DNA from: Octopus bimaculoides
Lineage: Eukaryota
Direction: 5' to 3'
NCBI RefSeq assembly: GCF_001194135.2
Contig: NC_068996.1
Coordinates: forward strand, 18,016,942 to 18,080,941
DNA: 64,000 bases
Under the pieces are notes generated by a model that was given only the letters and a program-made list of their open reading frames with translations, made no database searches and had not been told where the DNA came from. Below are positions 52,955 to 64,000 of this stretch, in pieces. Numbering within the stretch: the stretch's first letter is position 1; each line of letters opens with the position of its first letter. The translations under genes and the position numbers were made by a program.

Positions 52955-54056
52955 TTTTAAACTAGACCTCTGCTAGTGACAAAGGGCCTCTCACTCAGTA
53001 AAAGGCAGACTGTATGATGCATGTGTATGAACCGTCATGCTACATGGCAGTGAAACATGGGCCGTGACTGCTGAGGCCATGCGTAAGCTTGCAAGTAATG
53101 AAGCCAGTATGCTCCGATGGATGTGTAATGTCAGTGTAAGTACCTTGAGAGAAAGCATCAGTTGTGGTGTGCAAAAGAGATGATTGCGCTGGTATGGTCA
53201 TGTGGCAAGAATGGATGAGGATAGCCATGTGAAAAAATGCCACATCCTAGTGGTTGTGGGAACCTGTGGAAGAGGTAGACACAGGAAGACCTGGGATGAG
53301 GTGGTGAAGCACGAGACTAATGACTGGGACCTTTGGAAATATGCAGTACGTGAGAAGACCCAGCAAGCCAAGTGAGAGCATAATCTGTGACCTCTGCCAG
53401 AAGTGGAGCCAGCTCACTTATTCATATCTTTACTTCATTGGACACTAAACTCTGCTTGCGAAGACCTGTTGAGGCAAGTGAATTTGAAATCAAAATCGAA
53501 CCAAATTCGATGACTGGCACCCATGCCAACCTCTCCTTCATTGGACACTAAACTCTGCTTGCAAAGACTTGTTGGGGCAAGTGAAATCGAAATCATAATT
53601 GAACCATATTTGATGACTGGCACCTGTGCCAATGGAGCACTAACAGCACCGTCCTAGCGTGATCATTGCCAGAGCAGTTGTCTGGCTTCCATACTAGTGG
53701 TACGTAAATAGCACCATTTGAGCGTGATCATTACCAGCATTGCCTTACTGGCACATTAGAAAACCATCCGAGCGAGGTCGTTGCCAGTGCCGCTGGACTG
53801 GCTCCTATGCAGGTGGCATGTAAAAAACACCATTTTGAGCGTGGCCATTGCCAGTGCCGCGTGACTGGTCCTCGTGCCTGTGGACATAAAAGCACCCACT
53901 ACACTCTCAGAGTGATTGGTGTTAGGAAGGGCATCCAGCTGTAGAAACTCTGCCAGATCAGATTGGAGCCTGATGCAGCCATCCGGTTCACCCGTACTAA
54001 GTCAAATCGTCCAACCCATGCTAGCATGGAAAGCGGACGTTAAACGATGATGATGA
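52955..54056 (+). mobile_element. RTE LINE 3' fragment with complete 3' UTR and (GAT)n tail
   Basis: SETWAVTAE...LRWYGHVARMDEDS...GRGRHRKTWDEVV; tail ccaacccatgctagcatggaaagcggacgttaaacgatgatgat. Confidence 0.9.
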
Positions 54057-54959
54057 CAATGTCTTGAAAAGACACCCACATAGATTACATATGTGATTAA
54101 GAACACCAAAAACTGTAGATAAGTTCTGATCTTTGTGGATCTTAAAATATTTTTTGAGGCCTCAGATTTGCAAAGGTAATTCAGGTGCAAAAACCCATCA
54201 TCAGAACCTTCTGGGATACATTGCATTGAAAGGTGTACACTTACACTCATCCATATACTCACAGCACATGCATAAATATATACGTATGCGTTAATAGACA
54301 CATCCATCTACTTACACACATAAACACACATTCACATACATGCATAATAGCATACACATCCCAAAACATTTAGATGCAAGCATATACTTACATACATCAT
54401 CATCATCATCGTTTAACGTCCGCTTTCCATGCTAGCATGGGTTGGACGATTTGACTGAGGACTGGTGAAACCGGATGGCAACACCAGGCTTCAATCTAAT
54501 TTGGCAGAGTTTCTGCAGCTGGATGCCCTTCCTAACGCCAACCACACAGATACACATTTACTTAAGCACATATACACGTTTGTATACAAACATAGCTTAC
54601 ATATATACAGGAGCAAAACCAGATATATATGCATATACATCTATGAAAAGCCAAGTATTGGGGGAATTGCTAAAAATTTAAATGTCGTTAAGGAAATATA
54701 CTTCATAGGGTAGGAGAAGAAAACGTATAGGAATATAGGGAGAAGGAAAAGAGAAAACAAGGTATAAAGGGGAGGGAGAAAGTGGAGAGAGTAATGGGCA
54801 GAATTGTATAGATAAAGGTAGGAAGAGAGAAAAAAAGGAGGAGTGAGATAGAAGAATAAAGAAAACATAAGTTGCAGAAAATTATTAAGTAATGGGTAGA
54901 TACTACAGTTCTATATTCAAGAGATGAGGAATTATGTACATTAATTACATTTGACGGAT

Positions 54960-55135
54960 ATTTGTCCTCATCTTGTTCGGCTGATATACCCTCCAGCTTT
55001 CATCAGGTGTCATGGGGAAAGTTTGAACATGGGTTTTCATTCCTAAGGTATTTTTCGATGTTATTATTATTCAGGTCACTGCCTGGAATCTTGGGGTTAG
55101 TAGCCCGTGCTCTTAACCACTATGCCATATGCCCG
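54960..55135 (-). mobile_element. tRNA-headed SINE-like element with a broken hammerhead motif
   Basis: Minus strand: gggcatatggcatagtggttaagagc (A box) ... gacac-CTGATGA-a-aGCTG(gagggtatat)CAGCc-GAA, then an apparent deletion. Confidence 0.65.
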
Positions 55136-55448
55136 TATACTATTTCAAAAATCTCAAGGAATGTTTTTTCCAGTATGAAACCTTGTAAACTCTCTCCCTA
55201 AATCTATTTACCAGTTTATATTTGGAAAAGAGAATAAAAAAATAGCACTACAAGGACGGCAAAAAGATTTCCCTTTATCATAAGGAAGAGATCTAGATAA
55301 AATTTTCCATTACAAAGAAAGAAGTTAGTCTTTAAGTTGCCAGATTAGTTTAGTAAGTCCAGTGGAGTAGGTTTCTTGCGATTGTATTTGAAGGTAGAGA
55401 AATGGCTAGCAAGACTGGATTTCAAAAATTTAGAGGATAAATCTGTAT

Positions 55449-56775
55449 ATATGGGAGAATTTACGAAAAAAACAAGACGAGGACAGGTGGTGTAAACAAC
55501 AAAAGGATGTATTAGTTTAACGCTCGGGAATAGAGAAAGTCTTTAACGTTTCGAGCTATGCTCTTCAACAGAAAGAATGAGAAAAACTCGGAGAAAAAAA
55601 ATTTGAATGTTATGGTCAGCAATCTATCATGGCGACTGCTGGACAGAAAGTTCACACAGGAGAGCTAAGAAAAAGGGGAAAGAAATGGTGGCCCAAATAT
55701 GAGCTGTGTGTGTGAGAGAATGCTGGTGATCTTAACGTATGTGTGTATGTAGGTGTGAAAAAATGGACAAGGGAGNNNNNNNNNNNNNNNNNNNNNNNNN
55801 NNNNNNNNNNNNNNNNNNNNNNNNNNNNNNNNNNNNNNNNNNNNNNNNNNNNNNNNNNNNNNNNNNNNNNNNNNNNNNNNNNNNNNNNNNNNNNNNNNNN
55901 NNNNNNNNNNNNNNNNNNNNNNNNNNNNNNNNNNNNNNNNNNNNNNNNNNNNNNNNNNNNNNNNNNNNNNNNNNNNNNNNNNNNNNNNNNNNNNNNNNNN
56001 NNNNNNNNNNNNNNNNNNNNNNNNNNNNNNNNNNNNNNNNNNNNNNNNNNNNNNNNNNNNNNNNNNNNNNNNNNNNNNNNNNNNNNNNNNNNNNNNNNNN
56101 NNNNNNNNNNNNNNNNNNNNNNNNNNNNNNNNNNNNNNNNNNNNNNNNNNNNNNNNNNNNNNNNNNNNNNNNNNNNNNNNNNNNNNNNNNNNNNNNNNNN
56201 NNNNNNNNNNNNNNNNNNNNNNNNNNNNNNNNNNNNNNNNNNNNNNNNNNNNNNNNNNNNNNNNNNNNNNNNNNNNNNNNNNNNNNNNNNNNNNNNNNNN
56301 NNNNNNNNNNNNNNNNNNNNNNNNNNNNNNNNNNNNNNNNNNNNNNNNNNNNNNNNNNNNNNNNNNNNNNNNNNNNNNNNNNNNNNNNNNNNNNNNNNNN
56401 NNNNNNNNNNNNNNNNNNNNNNNNNNNGGGAAGAAGCTGTGGACTAAGACGTCTCGTAGGTTATGGGCTCGTTTGAAGGAGGGGAGGGGTCGATTAGGGA
56501 AGATGTGGGAGGTGAGGGGTCGGACTGGAGGCACCGGAAAGCTTGGAGAATGGTGCGTTGGAGGGGTCGGTGAGGGGAAAAGGGGGGAGAGAGCAGATGC
56601 ACGGTCCACGGAACGTGCTCTGGCAAGGGCAGTGTGGATGGTGGTGGGGGTATATCCACGTAGGCTAAAGTGGCGAGCCTTGAGTCGAGACTGAGTCTCA
56701 AAGTCATGCCTGTCACTACAGAGCCTGCGTAGACGGAGGAATTGGGAATAGGGGATAGAAAGCTTGGTGTGTTTA
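55449..56775 (-). mobile_element. Penelope-like element (RT thumb, linker, 3' pseudo-LTR); middle lost in a gap
   Basis: PKHTKLSIPYSQ..RLRRLCSD..DFETQS and PLPSFKRAHNLRDVLVHS are typical PLE motifs. The 3' end carries a hammerhead variant. Confidence 0.85.
55540..55576 (-). ncRNA. Minimal hammerhead variant (A6->U core, extra A after A9, palindromic stem III)
   Basis: tcttt-CTGTTGA-a-GAG(catag)CTC-GAAACGTT-aaaga. Confidence 0.7.
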
Positions 56776-56883
56776 GGGTGGGTGGAGGAGAAGTTGAGAT
56801 AAGAGTGTGTGTTTGTAGTGGATGGAGATGCTAAGAGTGGAGTGATGGATGCTTACCGAAATATATTTGTATATATATATATT

Positions 56884-56917
<34 letters not shown>

Positions 56918-57070
56918 NNNNNNNNNNNNNNNNNNNNNNNNNNNNNNNNNNNNNNNNNNNNNNNNNNNNNNNNNNNNNNNNNNNNNNNNNNNNNNNNNNN
57001 NNNNNNNNNNNNNNNNNCGTCCAACCCATACTAGCATGGAAAGCGGACGTTAAACGACGATGATGATAAT

Positions 57071-58470
57071 TTAGAGAAAAGAACCAAAGTTCATTAACTC
57101 ATCCATGAAAATCCAGTCACATAGAAAAATTTTACAAGTAAATACACTAAATGGAACTATAATAAAATACTAAGTAATAATCATTAAAATAATAAAACGA
57201 CTACATGTGTTTCATAACCAAATTTTCAAATAGAAAATCGATCAAAAATCAATTCTATTCAAAAATATTGCTAATCTTTGGGTCAAAATACAACAACAAT
57301 AATAATAAAATAAATGTATATATATATATCCATCAACAATAAATAAGAAATGAACTTATATAAAAATACTTATTATATCAAGAAGTAAAAATACTTATTT
57401 TACTAATAAATAAAAGAAAAATATTTAACTATATTATACTTATCGAAGCTTTAGTTTAAACTAAAATTAAATGTTATACTATTAACATATCGTTTATTAG
57501 AATATCAGCTAACAATATATAACAAATGAATTTCTATAAAAATACTTATTTCACCAATAAATAAAAGAAAAATGTTTAACAATATTATTAAAAATAAACG
57601 TAATACTTATCTTATCGAAGTTTTAGGTTAAACTAAAATTATAAACCTGACATTATTAACTTTACGTTTATTAGAATATAAACTAACAGAAATATTAAAT
57701 AAATTTATATAAAAATATTTATTTCACAAATAAATAAAAGAAAAACATTTAACAATATTATTGAAAATAAATGCAATGCTTATCTTAACGAATCTTTCGT
57801 TTAAAATGCAATTTAAACGTTATACTATTAATTTAACATTTTACTAGAATATAAACTAACAATACATGAACTTATATTAAAATACTTATTTTACCAATAA
57901 ATCAAAGAAATATTAAATATTATTGAAAAAATGCAACTTTAATCTTATTGCAACGTTATGCTATTAACTTTGCATTAAATAGTATATCAACTAACAATAA
58001 ATAACAAGTGTATTTATATAAAAATACTTATTGTACCAATAAATAAAAGAAAAACATTTAGCAATAGTATAGAAAAAATAAATGTATTATTAACTTTACG
58101 TTTATTAGAATATAAACTAACAAAAATAATTAATTAATTTATATAAAAATATTTATATCACCAATAAATAAAAGAAAAACATTTAACAAAATTACTGAAA
58201 AGAAATGCAAAACTTATCTAATTGAATCTTTAGTTTAAATAAAATTTTAAATGTTATACTATTAGCTTAACCTTAATTAGAATATTATTGATTTTATTTT
58301 ATTTTCTAGTTGAAAATTTGGTCATGAAACATGTGTAGTTGTTTTATTATTTTAATGATTATTACTTTGTAGTTTATTATAATTCTTTTTAGTGTATTTA
58401 CTTAAACTTTTCTATATGTGATTGTGGATTTTCATGGATGAGTTCATGAACTTTGGTTCTTTTCTCTAAA
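57071..58470. mobile_element. Foldback-type element: ~190-bp TIRs around an AT-rich 130-175-bp tandem array
   Basis: 57071-57255 is approximately the reverse complement of 58285-58470. aataaataaaagaaaa recurs about six times internally. Confidence 0.85.
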
Positions 58471-59430
58471 NNNNNNNNNNNNNNNNNNNNNNNNNNNNNN
58501 NNNNNNNNNNNNNNNNNNNNNNNNNNNNNNNNNNNNNNNNNNNNNNNNNNNNNNNNNNNNNNNNNNNNNNNNNNNNNNNNNNNNNNNNNNNNNNNNNNNN
58601 NNNNNNNNNNNNNNNNNNNNNNNNNNNNNNNNNNNNNNNNNNNNNNNNNNNNNNNNNNNNNNNNNNNNNNNNNNNNNNNNNNNNNNNNNNNNNNNNNNNN
58701 NNNNNNNNNNNNNNNNNNNNNNNNNNNNNNNNNNNNNNNNNNNNNNNNNNNNNNNNNNNNNNNNNNNNNNNNNNNNNNNNNNNNNNNNNNNNNNNNNNNN
58801 NNNNNNNNNNNNNNNNNNNNNNNNNNNNNNNNNNNNNNNNNNNNNNNNNNNNNNNNNNNNNNNNNNNNNNNNNNNNNNNNNNNNNNNNNNNNNNNNNNNN
58901 NNNNNNNNNNNNNNNNNNNNNNNNNNNNNNNNNNNNNNNNNNNNNNNNNNNNNNNNNNNNNNNNNNNNNNNNNNNNNNNNNNNNNNNNNNNNNNNNNNNN
59001 NNNNNNNNNNNNNNNNNNNNNNNNNNNNNNNNNNNNNNNNNNNNNNNNNNNNNNNNNNNNNNNNNNNNNNNNNNNNNNNNNNNNNNNNNNNNNNNNNNNN
59101 NNNNNNNNNNNNNNNNNNNNNNNNNNNNNNNNNNNNNNNNNNNNNNNNNNNNNNNNNNNNNNNNNNNNNNNNNNNNNNNNNNNNNNNNNNNNNNNNNNNN
59201 NNNNNNNNNNNNNNNNNNNNNNNNNNNNNNNNNNNNNNNNNNNNNNNNNNNNNNNNNNNNNNNNNNNNNNNNNNNNNNNNNNNNNNNNNNNNNNNNNNNN
59301 NNNNNNNNNNNNNNNNNNNNNNNNNNNNNNNNNNNNNNNNNNNNNNNNNNNNNNNNNNNNNNNNNNNNNNNNNNNNNNNNNNNNNNNNNNNAAGAATGCC
59401 TCACGCTATGAGGGACTCCAAACTACCATA

Positions 59431-59795
59431 ATAAACACATTTTTACCGAATGCGAGGAAATGCAACTCTCAAAGCTAGCCCCTTAAAAACAGACTGAATT
59501 ATAGATCATGATTTCGTAGTTATTGTAGTATTATACAACCTCTACTCGTCAGTATAATATCGTCAAGATACATAAAATTAAACAGAGAATCAACATACCA
59601 AACGAACACTGTGTATCCAATATAGTACATAGAAGACTGTTTATCCTTATATACCTATGTAAGTGGCGGGCTTTTCGAATTGCATCTCGGTACATGTGTT
59701 TTTTTTTTCAGAATAAATTCAGCATTGAATATAGTGTTTTTAAGGGGCTTGCTTTGAGAGTTGCATTTCCTTGCGTTCGGTAAAAATGTGTTTAT
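59431..59795. mobile_element. MITE with 61-bp terminal inverted repeats
   Basis: 59431-59491 is approximately the reverse complement of 59735-59795. Confidence 0.85.
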
Positions 59796-60142
<347 letters not shown>

Positions 60143-61992
60143 CGTGTCTTTCCCTGTAGCCTATATGCTGCCTAGAGGCCATCTTCCTGTAGTTTCATTG
60201 GATTGCCTAATGTTTTGCAATGAATTTTACAGTTGTAAAAAGCTGGGAGCAATAGTCAAAGCAGCTTAGGGCAAGTTTACCCTAGAGAACCATTACCGTT
60301 TCCTGGTCTCTCGTTCTAAAATCTGTAAGAATAAGTTATTCATCCCCTTGTCCCCCTTCCCCTCTAATTCAGTTCACCGCTCACTTCTATTCACCTCATC
60401 CCTTGAAGGTTTCATCTTGACACCTTATCACCACTTTTTTAGTCTCTTCTTTGTTTCCACCTTGGTGACTCCCACCTTCTTTTCTCTGTGAGTAGCTATG
60501 TAGTTCTTCAGCAAGAAACTTGTTCTGTTCTGTCCCATTCTCTCCATACTTTAATCTCCTTGTCTGTAGTCCCAGTAAGTCAAAGCAGATCTTAGTTCCT
60601 CACTAGGATTGGTACCATGAATAATAAAGCACCCAATTTTCACTGTAAAGTAACTGGCATTAGGAAGGGCATACAACCAGAGAAGCAGTGCCGAAGCAGA
60701 CATTGATTTATAACATTGTCCTCAGGCTTGTCAGTCATGTGTAACTGTCCAAACCATGCCTGGATTGAACATGGATGTTAAAAGATGTTTATATATATAT
60801 ATATAGATGTGTGTGTACATATAAAGATGTGTAAATGTATATTTTATGCACATTAGTATGTGGTAGAATGAAGGTATGTATGAGCATAGGTGGTAACTTT
60901 CTGAACACCTGCAAAAGGTAGCCATCATTGCGACATTTGGCAAAAGAGTGTTGGTCTCTAGTAGGACTGAAAGGTCACATTTGTGCTATTTTAAGAGAAC
61001 AGTTAAGTGATGGCATTACTCAAAATACAAGTTGAAGCCATCAGAGGTGTGTGTGTGTATGTGAGTATTGGTTTATGTCCATTATACACAATTTGAAGCA
61101 ACATGTAATTAAAATAGCCATCTATGTATTATATGTAATATGTACACATTGCTGATAGGCCAGATCCATAAGAGATATTGTCTTTGATCAAAGACTGTAG
61201 TATCTGGCTTACAGACAGTATACATTATGTATGATATATAGATGGCTGATTTATGCATACGTATATACACTATGCCTAATTCTTTCTCCCTTCCACTCCT
61301 GCAGTTAACTCGACTACATTGTATCTCTCTTACCCTCACCTTAACTGTATCATCATTACTATCATGTTTCTCCTCTCTTCTGTATCTCTTTACCTTTGCC
61401 ATCTCATGCATCAATTCCATTCTCTACCTACAGTGATTTCTGTAGTTGTTGCCTACCTCCACCTGATTTCCTCCATCTCTTGCTCCCCTATATACTTTGG
61501 AAACCTACACTTCTGATTTGATTGTTTCCCCTTGTTTCTACACACCTCGTATCCTGAGAGGTCCTGTGGTGATCCCATCACCACTATTTGTATCTTTGTA
61601 GATGAATTATGATCATTTTCACTCTCTAAATGTGAGTAGCCATGTGGCTACTCTACAACAAGCTGTGCCACCCTCTTCTCTCATACTTAAACCCCCTCAT
61701 CTTTTAGCATAAAACTGACCGCCACCTTACCTCCTAGTTAGTAGTCTTGCCAGCTACATGCTGATTAATGGCATGGCAACAGCACCTACTGTATGCTGTA
61801 AAGTGGTTGGCATTAGAAAGGGCATCCAGACTTAAAAATGATGATAAAGCTGGCACTTGTGTACAATGCAGTCATTGTATCCAATGGATCCTGTTAAGCT
61901 GTCCAGCCTATGCCAGTATGGAACATGAGTGTTAAATATGTATAAAAATGTTTGTGTGTGTGTGTGTATGTATGTGTGTGTGTGTATGTATG

Positions 61993-62100
<108 letters not shown>

Positions 62101-64000
62101 AAGCACTGTTGCTGGTGCCACATAGAAAGCATCCACTACACTCTGTGAAGTGGTTGGTGTTTGGAAGCGCATCCAGTTGTAGAAACCATGCTAAAACAAA
62201 CTGCTAGAGTCTGGTGCAGCTCTCTGGCTTGCCAGCTCCTGTCAAACTGTCCAACCCATGCCCGCATGGAAAATGGATTTTAAATGATGAGCAGGATATA
62301 GGTAGTGGATATTTGTGATGAGTGTGTACATAATCAGCACAGCAATTATGAGAATAGATTGTATGGGATGTGAGGCTTTAGAATGGACAATAGGTGGGTG
62401 GTGATATGTATCTAGAGACTACAGGATAAACATAGAGGTTTGATGGTTGCAAGTGGGAAGGAAAAAAATGACAAAAGAGGTGTGTTCATTAAGCCTTGGG
62501 GAAAATGGATCTTCTGCAATACCAGATATCACCAGTCAACATGACCTAATCCTCTCCTTCGTCAGATGTAACATCTTAATCATTTTTCTCCATCTCATCC
62601 TGAGTCTGCTTTGGTCTCCCACTTCTACATGTACTGTTCACTTGGAGTACTCAGCACCTTTTATGCAAATGTTATCCTCTGTTCACATCAGATTAATGCA
62701 GTCTCCTCTCTTGCTTACTATAAGTGATTCTTCTTATAGCCAGTTTGTCTCTCAATTTATTTAGACTTCATCATTCATGTACATGAACATAGCATACCCA
62801 ACAAAGCTTGTTCACTGTTTTTTTTTTTTTGTAAGCCTTCACACTTACACACAAGCATTATGCAATCTGCTTTGGTCTTTTTATTTTTTTGTCAATAGCT
62901 AAGGCTGTACCCATGGTTCATGATAGGGCTTCAAAGACTGGTGGGAAGAAGGAAGGTTTCTTCAAATTGGTAATCTGGCCTGTATGCTTCCAATGGAATT
63001 GATTCCACTAAAGGCATGCAAGATGCCAGGTGGTGGTGTTAAAACAGGAAACAGGTTAGGTCCACCACCCAAGTAGAACATGGTGGGATTTAAACTCAGA
63101 ACAGATATCACAAGGCATCCAGTCTGAAGCTCCAATAATTCCACAAATCCACTAGCTTGGATTGGTATTTTTTGTTTTATTGACACCAAGCGGATGAAAG
63201 GAATAGTTGACTTTGACAGGATTTGAACTCAGAATGCAGAGAATACAAACACAAAACATTCTGTCTCATGCTCTGCCACTTTGTGGTTCATAGATTTTGT
63301 TAACTAAACGATCTAATTAGCAATGGGAATGAGTGTTCTGAAAGTATAGTGGCCAGAGAAAGATCAGGAAGCTATTATCTGTAACAAAGGGATTCTCTTT
63401 CTCAGAAAGGCAGAATGCATGATGCTCTAGGTGTGTAAAATTAGCATTTATGTATACCATTCTCATTATATGCTGCCATGAGTTGGATGGTTTGACAGAA
63501 GCTCTAGATCTGAATCACACTCCAGTGTCTGCGTTTGATCTGGTTTCTATGGTTGGATACCTTCTTTATGCTAACCACATTCTAGTGTGTGCAGAATGCA
63601 TTTTCCATGCCACCACCATTAGTGAGGAGTAGTATGTGACTGACAAGGTTGAGGGGCAATATACATACATACACACATACAAAGATATATATGAAGGAAT
63701 AAAAGGTTTTTAGTAGTGTACAGAATAGTGAAGGTACTATTTTTTTTCAGTTTATAAAGGTATAAAAGGTCTTTGAATTTCCTGCAGTATGTAACAAGAA
63801 ACACTGCTCAACTCTTTTGTTACTATACTTATGTTGAAACATACAGCCTTTGGTAAGGGTTAGGAATTGGTACCATTGGCAAGTCAATAGGGTCGATGTA
63901 ACAAATGAAACATTGAGGTTGATGTAATCAATTTAGCGTCTCCCCGAAATTGCTGGCCTTCTGCCAAAATTTGAAACCAGAAGAACCCCAGTAACAACAC

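Noticed and set aside
54170-54205. CTGATGA motif on the minus strand
   Set aside because: Followed by GAAT rather than GAAA, with no consistent stems.
57340-58270. CRISPR-like or coding interpretation of the periodic array
   Set aside because: Degenerate long AT-rich units without unique spacers, in a eukaryotic context.
642-59478. Long ORFs spanning N runs (e.g. 642-1433, 1990-3126, 58453-59478)
   Set aside because: Artefacts of translating gaps.

Overview
AT-rich, microsatellite-laden, gap-ridden animal genomic DNA. The repeat families and microsatellite load suggest a coleoid cephalopod such as Octopus (inference only). I could support only one host coding exon: a divergent MEIS/PKNOX-type (TALE) HM-domain exon at 49154-49203 (+). 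The rest is mostly intronic or intergenic repeat. Retroelements: an internally deleted Mag-type Gypsy with both LTRs, PBS and a 5-bp TSD; RLE-type R4/Dong non-LTR fragments embedded in (TACA)n and (TAA)n microsatellites; a 5'-truncated L1/Tx1; RTE/BovB and HERO-like fragments; a Penelope-like element; many tRNA-derived SINEs. DNA elements: Tc1, three mariners, a maT-like fragment and several long hairpin/MITE elements. The most striking signal is five minimal type-I hammerhead ribozyme motifs from four unrelated repeat families. One family is a ~265-bp highly structured retrozyme-like unit whose copies flank the Tx1 fragment in inverted orientation. All alignments were done by eye; no database search was run.
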